From the IMG/VR virus record IMGVR_UViG_3300020034_000004, positions 1 to 64,000 of that record: a DNA stretch of 64,000 nucleotides. One strand, 5' to 3'. Positions within the stretch are counted from its first letter, which is position 1. Each line of letters begins with the position of its first letter. Shown one piece after another: positions 30,007 to 38,867 of the stretch. A program made the position numbers and the translations under genes. The notes under the pieces were generated by a model. That model ran no database searches. It worked only from the letters and a program-made list of their open reading frames with translations, and was not told the origin of the DNA. This DNA comes from a virus.

Positions 30007-30091
30007 CTGGACAGGTAGGAATCGAACCTACGTTCCCTTTCGAGTTCCTTGGTTCAAAGCCAAGGTGCCAATGCCAACATAGCGCTGCCCA
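30007..30091 (-). tRNA. tRNA-Gln(UUG) with long variable arm
   Basis: CTTGG-CT-TTG-AA-CCAAG; 16-nt variable arm with GAAA loop. Confidence 0.85.
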
Positions 30092-30154
30092 AAGTGGCGG
30101 TTGTGTGACTCACATTTCTTTTCCTGATAATAACTTTTTGCTTCTACCGGCGCG

Positions 30155-30226
30155 GGCCCCAACGGAGAGTCGAACTCCGCACTCCTTTTTACGAGAAAGG
30201 TGTTATACCGATTAAACTATTGAGGC
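30155..30226 (-). tRNA. tRNA-Thr(CGU)
   Basis: CCTTT-CT-CGT-AA-AAAGG. Confidence 0.9.
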
Positions 30227-30573
30227 ATACACAACTTCAGAGAAATCTCACACCGATTGAGCGAGCTATAAGGGTTGCAACTCATAGCGCTTCGGGGCCA
30301 TAGTGCATTTCCAACACACCTGCTAACCAATCGCTTATAACGTCATTTTTATTTAATGACAATTGAGTTAATGCTTATGTCAACTCTATCAATACTACCA
30401 TTCTACATTACGTATTGTAATTATAGCTATCAAAAAAGCGGTAGAGGAACATAGTCCTATAAATATAGCTATTATCCAAAACTTGAATATCGCCATACCT
30501 ACCGCCGAAATCAATAATAAAAAACTTAGTAATAACCAAATCACTGTGTAATACCTATAATTATAATCTCACG

Positions 30574-30645
30574 AGCCCTCTAGGAATTACGATATCCTGG
30601 CCTCATCTTTACAAGAGATGCGCTCTGCCTCTGAGCTAAGAGGGC
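30574..30645 (-). tRNA. tRNA-Thr(UGU), atypical T-arm
   Basis: CATCT-CT-TGT-AA-AGATG; AGGATATCGTAATTCCT. Confidence 0.85.
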
Positions 30646-30782
30646 GTAGTAAGATAGTTTACAGTAAATTCCGATTAGGGCACCACTCACTATCTTACAT
30701 TGTTGACATCCACGAGTGTATATTCTCTGATATCAGTAGGAGAATTCTATACATACCGGCGTGTCCTCTTCATCCCACCTTG

Positions 30783-30853
30783 CTCCCCATCGAGGTACCG
30801 ACCCTCGTCCAAATCGTTAACAGCGATACATGCAACCTTTACACCTATGGGGA
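30783..30853 (-). tRNA. tRNA-Asn(GUU), atypical T-loop
   Basis: TCCCCAT acceptor; TATCG-CT-GTT-AA-CGATT; T-loop GTCGGTA. Confidence 0.82.
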
Positions 30854-31124
30854 ATAGCAACCTTACGATTGTTTTACTTCTAATAAGCTAGTCTTTCCTA
30901 GCAGTCAAAGGCTGTGTAGTAGTATTTACTAACACATTTGAGTCTCTCACTGACACCTTATTTGCTGAATACCCCTCCGAGATTCAGCATAAGCCATAAG
31001 CGTCTTATTGGACTGTACAGTTGTCCAGGTCAGTAACTACTTATCTGTACCGGCTTGTTGTAGACATCACCACACCCTACCCATCACGGTTTACGCTCAA
31101 CTACGGTCCGTGTGTCTAGCTACT

Positions 31125-31153
31125 ATTCTACACTACCGCTATTCACCTGTCAA
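31125..31153 (-). promoter_or_regulatory. sigma70-type promoter heading an ncRNA/tRNA transcript
   Basis: TTGACA-N17-TAGAAT. Confidence 0.75.
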
Positions 31154-31205
31154 GTCTATAATCAAAGCCACAATATCAATTCGCTCTCAAGATTATTGTT
31201 ATCTA

Positions 31206-31421
31206 TCAATCATCCTTATGTTTTTCAGCACGCTTATTCCTTGTTGACCCCACGGTTAGTGCAGCTTGAGACTTCGACTTTTTAAGCTTCCTATCAACAG
31301 CATACACTGTTACGACACCTGGCGCGATGTCTACATCCCTACCCATGAAAACAAAATCTTCGTAAATACGCTCAAGCAATAGCTGGTCGTCGTTATAAAT
31401 TCTCTGATTGCGAGACTTCAT
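31206..31421 (-). CDS. Hypothetical protein
   Basis: AGGAG RBS. Confidence 0.6.
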   Translation of the reverse strand: MKSRNQRIYNDDQLLLERIYEDFVFMGRDVDIAPGVVTVYAVDRKLKKSKSQAALTVGSTRNKRAEKHKDD

Positions 31422-31533
31422 AGTTTTCTCCTTTGCTTCATAATGATTTAGTTGTTACGGTGGTATTACGTTTTCTTAAGAAACAATTACGTTTCTTCGA
31501 AACGTCGAACTTATTTTTCTAAGGAGGTGTGCA

Positions 31534-32133
31534 ATGAACAAAGTTTTATCAACGGTCGTTGTTCTAGCTATGACCCTATCGGGTTGTGGAACAGCGGTAG
31601 ACAATAAAGAATCGTCTGCCACTCCTGAGGAACCTCCCTTATCTAAAGTTACATCCAGCGTGTCATCTAGAGATGTCAACAATAGGTCTGCGGACTTTCC
31701 TGTTTCACGAAGTGATAATAGACCGAGTCTTAGTTCTATTAAGTCAATTACAGCTAAACCAAAGCAAGTTAAGCTTAAGTCAACGAAGCCAGTTGTTAGG
31801 TCTAAGACACAAAAGTCAAAATATGTCGTTAAAACAAGGACCAAGACCAAATATCGTACCGTGAAAAAGCCAGTTAGGAGTTTTCGTCCTGTGCCGGTCG
31901 GAGGTATCGCAAGATGCATAGGCAAATATGAGTCAGGAAATAATCCCAAGGCTCAAAACCCTAGTAGCTCTGCTAGCGGTTACTTCCAGTTCACAGATGG
32001 TACTTGGAATAACTTCAAAGGATATGCTAGAGCTAAGTATGCTCCATTATCCGTTCAATTGAAGAAGTTCTATATCGTTTGGAATGGAGGCAAGGGAGCC
32101 TCTAATTGGACTGTATATCGCAAATGTATCTAA
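31534..32133 (+). CDS. Lipoprotein with Rpf/transglycosylase-like lysozyme domain
   Basis: Lipobox LSGC; basic linker; C...ESG.N....N..S.ASG.FQF...TW; AGGAGG RBS. Confidence 0.82.
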   Translation: MNKVLSTVVVLAMTLSGCGTAVDNKESSATPEEPPLSKVTSSVSSRDVNNRSADFPVSRSDNRPSLSSIKSITAKPKQVKLKSTKPVVRSKTQKSKYVVKTRTKTKYRTVKKPVRSFRPVPVGGIARCIGKYESGNNPKAQNPSSSASGYFQFTDGTWNNFKGYARAKYAPLSVQLKKFYIVWNGGKGASNWTVYRKCI

Positions 32134-32169
32134 TTTGACATAGTATGCGGTCCAATATATACTGTGGTT

Positions 32170-32697
32170 ATGGAAACTAAAATCACTAAATGTATACGAA
32201 TTGCATATTTGAAAGGCTATCGAGTTACTGATGATGGGACGCTTCTTGGAATACGTGGGCGTCCCATCACAACTATTTTAAAAAAGGGCTATCCTTTCTT
32301 TGCTCTACAGGTCGGAACAGAATACTCAAAGGATGGGTATTATAAAATTCCTGCTCATAGATTTGCTGCCTATTGTTTCTATGGTGAAGAGATTTTTAAT
32401 CATAGACTGGTTAGACATTTGAATGCAAATAAAAATGATTACAGTCGACAAAATCTAGCTCTTGGAAATCACAGTCAAAATTCATTCGATAGGCCAGCAG
32501 TAGAACGTAGTAATCATGCAAAAGCAAGTCATACAGTAACCAGAATATATCCATCAAAACAAAAAGTTTGTAAAATTGCCTATTGTAAATATTCACCTTG
32601 CGGTAAGGTTTTTGATATAACTAGAGATAATAGAAAAAATAGACCACGCAAACATTGTTCTTATAGCTGTGCTGCTAAGAACAGGAAGAAATCTTAG
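32170..32697 (+). CDS. HNH endonuclease (leaderless)
   Basis: AHRF...VRHLNANKND....NL..G..SQN; TTGACA-N17-TATACT-N6-ATG. Confidence 0.85.
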   Translation: METKITKCIRIAYLKGYRVTDDGTLLGIRGRPITTILKKGYPFFALQVGTEYSKDGYYKIPAHRFAAYCFYGEEIFNHRLVRHLNANKNDYSRQNLALGNHSQNSFDRPAVERSNHAKASHTVTRIYPSKQKVCKIAYCKYSPCGKVFDITRDNRKNRPRKHCSYSCAAKNRKKS

Positions 32698-32930
32698 GCA
32701 TCGGTGTGGGTTTTAATTCTCGCCTTGGTACTCACGATATAAATCTTGGGCTAAATTGTAACCATCCCAATTATCTACCCCGGCGTTCTCCAATGCTTGA
32801 AGCAAAATAGAACGTTTTTGAAGATTCTTATAATCATCAGTAGTAATTGTGATTGTATCATTTTTGTCTGACATAATATTCCTTTCAGTAAGAGAGCCGG
32901 TAGATTTAATTATCTACCAGCTTTTCCTTG

Positions 32931-33089
32931 TAGGGGTACTGGGAGTCGAACCCAGACAGACTATGCTCAATGGTCCTGCAGGAATCAAAGGTCAAATTCA
33001 AAGCGTGTTAACCCACTTCGATTGACAAGGTCCATAGCCCTTCTCTGACTTATCGGGGTCAGCGACTTTACCATTTTGTCCATACCCCC
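32931..33089 (-). ncRNA. tRNA-like RNA with 89-nt variable arm and 8-nt anticodon loop
   Basis: Intact acceptor GGGGGTA/TACCCCT, D-arm, CTGAC-CCCGATAA-GTCAG, T-arm CTGGG-TTCGACT-CCCAG. Confidence 0.8.
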
Positions 33090-33727
33090 AAGTGTAAGAC
33101 TTAACGAATCTTACATGAAGACTTATCGGTTGTCAATACCTCATCTGTACCCGACTATCTTTGGCGTCAACACGTTTGACTTTATCACTCTACCCAGAAA
33201 GCATGTAGCTGACCTGTACTACCTTGGTGGATACCAGTTAGTCGGCCCACAATCCTCACAACCTCTACAATATCGCAAAGGAATAACAATTTGGCCGATG
33301 ATAGACCAACCAATTACTAATGTTCTTCGACACCACTCATCGCCACCCAACCATGTTGGTGACCAGCGATGGAAATACCATTGTGGTTTATAAAACCATG
33401 GATGATTCTTTGGTTTAGTACCTTTCCAACATCCACAAGGTGCTTGCCACCATCTACTCATACTTAAACAGACTCTCAAATCCGTCTACCCACTTATGAT
33501 ACAACATTCCTGCGAAGAAATCAACACTTACGTTTGAACTAATGGCAAAGAGCGGGTAAGAATTTAAAGCATACACTTCATGCTCTAAAAGATAATCCTG
33601 AGCCATCAAATATGAAATTCTATAGATATTGCTTTCTGTCTTGTTATGAATAACGGAATACTTTCCAATACCGTCGCTCCATGCTTTATCGATGTGCTCT
33701 TCAAGCGTCATTACTTACCTTTCTGTG

Positions 33728-34102
33728 TGGAGTCGGGCGGATTCGAACCGCCGTGCTTCATTCTTCTAAATAAATCATTATACAGTCATTACTATTCATT
33801 GAGACTTTACAATTTGAAGGTGTCTGTGGAATAGCTCCCGCTACCTATAGCATTTTCTCCTGTGCCTTCAGGTTCAATTGTTATTAAATTGTAACTATTT
33901 TGGATTCGGACGGTATAGTTACCGTCCTAGCTAGTCTTTTATCAGACAGTTGCTAGGGAAGCAGAGCGTAGAATAGCCTCTGCCTCTGCGACAATGTTAT
34001 AATTATCTGCATTTATAGTTTGTTAGCTGTTTTAAGACTCTGCCAACTAAGTCTGACTGCGTATCTATTCTTCCAAACAAAGTCGAAACCAATTACGACC
34101 CC
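33728..34102 (-). ncRNA. ssrA: tmRNA
   Basis: GGGGTCGTAATTGGTTTCGAC 5' end, G3.U70, T-arm 3' end; tag ORF ADNYNIVAEAEAILRSASLATV then TGA TAA (34010-33942). Confidence 0.95.
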
Positions 34103-34223
34103 TTAAACAAGTTTTCTTTAAATCTATTTATTGCATTAACGGCATCTTCATACCTGTTGAATCTACCAAGATGTTTAGCTTTGCCATCTATAATTGTTTT
34201 CGCTCTCCAACATTGCCCACAAG
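34093..34223 (-). pseudogene. AP2-domain remnant of an HNH-AP2 endonuclease
   Basis: Startless frame WRAKTIIDGKAKHLGRFNRYEDAVNA. Confidence 0.6.
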
Positions 34224-34295
34224 TGCCCCTGCTGGGATTCGAACCCAGAATGCGAGTTTAGGAAACTCGAAGTTTATCCCTTAGCTTACAAAGGC
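34224..34295 (-). tRNA. tRNA-Arg(CCU)
   Basis: CGAGT-TT-CCT-AA-ACTCG. Confidence 0.92.
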
Positions 34296-34371
34296 TTACC
34301 GCCAGCATGTTGCTACCTGCACCGATTCGAACGGCCATGCTGACTGGGAGAGCGTATACACTCTCCGTAGC

Positions 34372-34668
34372 TCAAGAAGGAGTTACTAGACCAAACACAT
34401 TGGCTTTGTTAGTCCATCCATTTACATGTCCATGATTATTACTAATCTGAACTCTATCACCATCTACCGCCGAAATCAAGTGCAAATAAAATCTGCGGCC
34501 AATCTTGGCAAAGACAATGTCACCTTTAGATAGTACCCTGTCAACTGGTCTGATATCAACCGGCTGCCGACTATAAATGAGTGGTACCATTGAGTTACCG
34601 CCCTCTTTGTATTCTTTAATGGTTTCTCCTGCTAGGAGCCTCTGTACCATTAGTTCTTTGACGTTCAC
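34372..34668 (-). CDS. Peptidase S24/S26-like protein
   Basis: GNSM.P, GDIV, LH motif. Confidence 0.75.
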   Translation of the reverse strand: MNVKELMVQRLLAGETIKEYKEGGNSMVPLIYSRQPVDIRPVDRVLSKGDIVFAKIGRRFYLHLISAVDGDRVQISNNHGHVNGWTNKANVFGLVTPS

Positions 34669-34669
34669 G

Positions 34670-34744
34670 TGCCCTTGAAGGGATTCGAACCCTCATCATC
34701 CAATTACGGTCAAACTACTTAGGAGGTAGCGCCGGTACTCAGGT
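34670..34744 (-). tRNA. Atypical tRNA-Arg(CCU): no D-arm, D-like hairpin in variable region, degenerate acceptor
   Basis: GCTAC-CT-CCT-AA-GTAGT; CGT-AATTGG-ATG; canonical T-arm. Confidence 0.6.
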
Positions 34745-34875
34745 AAATTGGTGGACGGATAAGTTGGTAATTACTCCAACTAAGATTCTAGTTACCTATT
34801 ACACACGTTACTCCGGAGTGCCGCGTGCACTTACTTCCCCAATATCCTCACCTTTTACAGTTATTGGCCGTCCCG

Positions 34876-34942
34876 TGCCCCTAAGCGGAATTGCACCGCT
34901 AACTGTCGGATTCGGATTCTGACGGTCAATCTTTCTAAGGGC
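34876..34942 (-). tRNA. D-armless tRNA-Arg(CCG)-like
   Basis: GCCCTTA/TAGGGGC acceptor; TCAGA-AT-CCG-AA-TCCGA; AGCGG-TGCAATT-CCGCT. Confidence 0.6.
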
Positions 34943-34959
34943 AATTATTCTGTTATATC

Positions 34960-35424
34960 CTAATCTTTACGATGATATTCTTCTATGATTTCTTCATCTA
35001 TTGCATCTTCACGTCTGAATTGACTTAAAGAGAAATACTGCCAAATCCAGAATATTAGATTCGGTACCGCCACCGACAGTAGAACCAGCCACTCACCAGT
35101 AGCAATATAGCACGATGAAGCAAACAACCACAAGCAAGCACCGGCAAGACCAGATGCCTTACCAACGGGCGGTATATTGAACATCAAAAAAGTCAATCCA
35201 CATAGAATGGTAATAATTGCTATCGCTCCCCAAATAATTGGAAGAGAATTACCTAAACTACTCATAGCATTGAATAACGAAGAAGTACCCGCTATTTTAG
35301 TGAATGGTAGAATGAAAGCAAATCCAATACCATACGAAAAGGTAGATAACAAAAAGGGCCACATTAATGGATTAAATGTTTCACCTCTGGAGCTACTGGT
35401 TACTCTACTAAAGTACTTGTTCAT
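34960..35424 (-). CDS. 4-TM membrane protein (leaderless)
   Basis: Four hydrophobic helices; TGnTATAAT-N5-ATG. Confidence 0.72.
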   Translation of the reverse strand: MNKYFSRVTSSSRGETFNPLMWPFLLSTFSYGIGFAFILPFTKIAGTSSLFNAMSSLGNSLPIIWGAIAIITILCGLTFLMFNIPPVGKASGLAGACLWLFASSCYIATGEWLVLLSVAVPNLIFWIWQYFSLSQFRREDAIDEEIIEEYHRKD

Positions 35425-35575
35425 ACTTAATTATAACATAGCACTTGTTAAGACACGGTGCACCACAGGGTCCTGACGGGTCAATACGTCTACCGCCCGT
35501 TTCCGCCAAGCGTACTTTAGGAGACGTAACATGTAAATTAACCGTATCGGAGTTGGTTACCGAACTTCCGCTTTG

Positions 35576-35648
35576 AGGCCCCTGAGAGAATTGAACTCTC
35601 GTCTATGGGGTTGCAACCCATCGCCTAGAACCACTCAGCCAAGGGACC
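35576..35648 (-). tRNA. tRNA-Cys(GCA)
   Basis: ATGGG-TT-GCA-AC-CCCAT; U73. Confidence 0.93.
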
Positions 35649-35977
35649 ATAATGCCACATAGACCTTGCTTATATAACATTTTGATTATTTTACTCTATA
35701 ATGTGGAGCATGGCACAATCGAACCATGAGTGGAGAATATGGAAATCGAATCCATCGGACAGGTATCTTGCAAAGATTCCTCGCTTATCCCAGAGCATTC
35801 CCCAAGAAATAATATTGTAATAATTATAGCACGAACTTGCATGAATGTCAAGAAGAATACGACGTAAGAAATAATGAGATAGATAATAAGCTTTGAGGTC
35901 TTTTAGTTTTACAAGGAGCATACCAACTTCCTTGGGGCGTTGTCATCACCCGGACTAGTATTTAGTCTAACAGATGC

Positions 35978-36370
35978 TTAGTGGTCTGTCAAACCTTCTT
36001 GTGCACTTTGAACTAGACTTCGTTCTCCGTCTATTAAATCGTTAACGGATAAACTACCAGCCTTATAGAAGTTAATCGGAGCATCTTCTGCTACTATCTC
36101 TTCTGTTACATCTGGCTGTAGACCTTCTTCTAGATTAGAGAGGACTTCTTCGAGGGATTCATTTACAATACCCTCGTTTTCGTTGTACTGGTCGTAGAAG
36201 TCACATAGCATTGCGTCACGCTCAGCAACCGCTTCTTCATGGGCAATTCGTGCTGCTTGCAACGCACCCTCAGCAACAAGTAAATTATCTTCAGTTACTG
36301 TCAATTTATCTAAAGTTGGCGCAAATCGTCTACGCTTCTTCTCAAACTCCAAAAACTCTTCTGCGTTCAT
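35978..36370 (-). CDS. Acidic coiled-coil protein
   Basis: ORF with RBS. Confidence 0.65.
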   Translation of the reverse strand: MNAEEFLEFEKKRRRFAPTLDKLTVTEDNLLVAEGALQAARIAHEEAVAERDAMLCDFYDQYNENEGIVNESLEEVLSNLEEGLQPDVTEEIVAEDAPINFYKAGSLSVNDLIDGERSLVQSAQEGLTDH

Positions 36371-36375
36371 TTTTC

Positions 36376-37215
36376 CTACTTACATGCTGTTTTAATAGTG
36401 TTGATGTAACCCCAGACATCTCGACCCTTGGTAGCGCCAGGTGGATAGTATAATGCTGGACGACCCTGAGAAATCCAGCGTCTAGCTCCGCCTACGCCCA
36501 AATTGTAGGACGCAATGGCGTCCTCAATGGTGTTGATTTGATTGTCGTTTACAGCCATCTTCAAATAATCAAACACAAACTTGAAGGATAATTCTGGAAC
36601 CAACCGCTGCTCTTCAGTCCATTCAGGATGAGCCTCGCCATTGATTTGAGCTAGACCTACGTCTCTTTCGTCGGCAAAACCGACGGCTCCTGCATCCCAA
36701 CCAGACTCTTGAGTTATAACACCACAAACAATAACTGGTGTGATTGCCCCAAGTGCCGGGTATTTAAGTAATTCAGCTTTAACAATTCTATCTAAGTCTG
36801 GAAATAACAAAGCCTTAGAAGTTTTAGGACCAATAGCTCCATCTGCTGATTCTCCAACCTTTTGCTGAAATGCAACCACTTTACTCTTGGTTACCGGGCC
36901 GAACACACCATCAGCAGCGATGTTGGTTCCTAGTCTTCTGTTCAAGGCCGTTTGATACGCCTTGACTGCGCCAACAACTGCCCTCTCATTTGCGTTAGCT
37001 GGTGCCTTTTTACCGATGTAATTTGTACCTACAATAGGTAACTTATAATATGGTCCTGGCTTATCGGTTTTATACGCTAATGTACCGCCGATGCTTGACC
37101 ATGAGCCTCTACCTGTCATTTTGTTTTTAACTACCTTTCCAGATGTATTTGTATTATCTGGAAATAGTATATCACGAAATATATACAAAATGATAACTAA
37201 GACTAACGTCAGCAC
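36376..37215 (-). CDS. Peptidoglycan-binding and SLT lytic transglycosylase (endolysin-like)
   Basis: DGVFGPVT..V..FQ...G..ADG.IGP.T; QES, GLAQI, ASYNLG; N-terminal hydrophobic segment. Confidence 0.85.
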   Translation of the reverse strand: MLTLVLVIILYIFRDILFPDNTNTSGKVVKNKMTGRGSWSSIGGTLAYKTDKPGPYYKLPIVGTNYIGKKAPANANERAVVGAVKAYQTALNRRLGTNIAADGVFGPVTKSKVVAFQQKVGESADGAIGPKTSKALLFPDLDRIVKAELLKYPALGAITPVIVCGVITQESGWDAGAVGFADERDVGLAQINGEAHPEWTEEQRLVPELSFKFVFDYLKMAVNDNQINTIEDAIASYNLGVGGARRWISQGRPALYYPPGATKGRDVWGYINTIKTACK

Positions 37216-37221
37216 AAGATA

Positions 37222-37506
37222 CTACTGTCTTACATATTTGATAGTGATAACTTGATGAGCTTCTACCGGATAAAATTCTACACGCATATTAGAAGAATCT
37301 AATTCACCATCAAGAGAATCTCGATAGGAAAGCCCAACGAAATGGTTTGGCTGGTCGATATAAACGTTTTCATAAACATTTCCCCAACGCCACTCTTCAA
37401 CAATTTCAGATTGAACCTGACTGTAACCGAGACTACGAATAAAATCATTTGGGTCGGCATAAGAGTCTTCTTTGATATACTCTAGCCATTGTTCATTTAA
37501 ATTCAC
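37222..37506 (-). CDS. Hypothetical protein
   Basis: GGAG RBS. Confidence 0.6.
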   Translation of the reverse strand: MNLNEQWLEYIKEDSYADPNDFIRSLGYSQVQSEIVEEWRWGNVYENVYIDQPNHFVGLSYRDSLDGELDSSNMRVEFYPVEAHQVITIKYVRQ

Positions 37507-37523
37507 TTTAGCTCCTTAGATTG

Positions 37524-37554
37524 AAAATAGGCCGGTATATAATATACCGGCCTA
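37524..37554 (-). terminator. Perfect palindrome or terminator after tRNA-Tyr
   Basis: TAGGCCGGTATAT-A-ATATACCGGCCTA then T-run on minus. Confidence 0.6.
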
Positions 37555-37557
37555 CCG

Positions 37558-37639
37558 TGCGCCTGGACGGATTCGAACCGCCTCACCCTAAAGAATGGCT
37601 TTACAGGCCACCGCAACTCTCCAACTTTGCCGCAGACGC
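37558..37639 (-). tRNA. tRNA-Tyr(GUA)
   Basis: GTGGC-CT-GTA-AA-GCCAT. Confidence 0.92.
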
Positions 37640-37729
37640 ATAACCTCTTTGCTAGTTTTCCATATAAACCGCCTGGGTAACTAGCTAACCAACCGGATGG
37701 TATTGACAGGATGAGGTACCTTGTCAAGT

Positions 37730-38044
37730 TTAGACTCTTTCAAGTCTACGCTTACGTAGTCTACGAGAAATCAATATTGTGGGTCTCTGATTACGTAAGT
37801 AGTTTTTCTTGTCCTGATGAGTAGTTAAGACTTCACCCTGTTGCACCTCTGTACGAGATGCCTGCCAGGAACTAAAACTACCTAAGAACAAAGCTATCAT
37901 AGAAACTAAAGAAACGAAAATAACGCTTTCCAACCAACCGAGGAAGAAAGATAATACTGTGAACGGTAACCAAAAACATGTTGACCATCCATGGAACCCC
38001 TTTAGTATATATGGGTCACCAATGATTTCCATTAGTTTCTTCAA
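37730..38044 (-). CDS. 2-TM membrane protein
   Basis: Two TM segments, basic tail. Confidence 0.6.
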   Translation of the reverse strand: MKKLMEIIGDPYILKGFHGWSTCFWLPFTVLSFFLGWLESVIFVSLVSMIALFLGSFSSWQASRTEVQQGEVLTTHQDKKNYLRNQRPTILISRRLRKRRLERV

Positions 38045-38045
38045 G

Positions 38046-38123
38046 TAGCGGGATACTGGAATTGAACCAGCTTATTGCTGAAGCTTATGAGGCTTGCCGA
38101 GATTTACCAACCTCCCACCCGCA
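38046..38123 (-). tRNA. tRNA-Met(CAU), irregular acceptor (initiator-like?)
   Basis: CAAGC-CT-CAT-AA-GCTTC; GCTGG-TTCAATT-CCAGT. Confidence 0.72.
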
Positions 38124-38233
38124 TGACTTTTTCAAGTAGTTCTACTTTATCATACTACAATGGCTCTGTCAACTCAATCGCACAGTTATGCAAAAATCAT
38201 CATTGGGAATTCGACAATGGTCATTTATTCTTG

Positions 38234-38302
38234 TAGCGCGTGAGGGTGATGCACCCTCCTATCAGTCCTTATGAGAGACTGCTGTTCACTGGAACCCGCG
38301 CC
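38234..38302 (-). tRNA. Atypical tRNA (CAU anticodon) with reduced D-arm and non-canonical T-loop
   Basis: AGTCT-CT-CAT-AA-GGACT; GAGGG-TGCATCA-CCCTC. Confidence 0.62.
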
Positions 38303-38472
38303 AGGCCAGCCTATTATTTATACTCTTGTACTGGAACAGAGTGAGTTGGTGGGGGCGTCTGTCAGCTTTGGATTATGCAGGAAACACGCCCCTTCAAACC
38401 TGCGTTATCGGTACATAGATATGCATCTCGTCTCCGACCTTCACATACAAGACTTCGAAATCTTGCAGCTTG

Positions 38473-38544
38473 TACTCCCAGAGGGAATCAAACCCTCTCC
38501 TAATGCCTGAGAAACATTTATACTTGTCGTTATACTATGGGAGC
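38473..38544 (-). tRNA. tRNA-Glu(CUC)
   Basis: AATGT-TT-CTC-AG-GCATT. Confidence 0.85.
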
Positions 38545-38634
38545 TTATTAAATTATTACATAGTTCTTCAATTAACCATTGCGCTACATACGCCTCTCTA
38601 TCCAATAGATAATCTAGTTCTATTCGAAAACAAG

Positions 38635-38715
38635 TATCGCAGACGGGAATCGAACCCGCAAGCCGAAGCATCTGATTGAAAGTCAGACCACCGTAACCAA
38701 TACAGTACCTGCGAT
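38635..38715 (-). tRNA. tRNA-Glu(UUC) with long variable arm
   Basis: TCTGA-CT-TTC-AA-TCAGA; GC-TTCG-GC arm. Confidence 0.87.
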
Positions 38716-38867
38716 ATAATGCCAAGCAGTTACAAAAGGCTGCAACGCTTGGCAGCATTATTTCAAAAACTAGATAATTCCGGAGAACATCTAGTAACAA
38801 TTGTGCAAACAAGCTGCACTGCCTTATCGGCGTAATAAGTCTATCTTACCATACCGACGAATGCCTG

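Noticed and set aside
31476-31949. 157-aa minus-strand ORF
   Set aside because: Antisense shadow of the Rpf-like lipoprotein, which has the RBS and motifs.
37503-37727. ORF-track protein (74 aa)
   Set aside because: Overlaps tRNA-Tyr and a palindrome; spurious.
38271-38812. ORF-track proteins on both strands
   Set aside because: They overlap tRNA-CAU, Glu(CUC) and Glu(UUC) genes.
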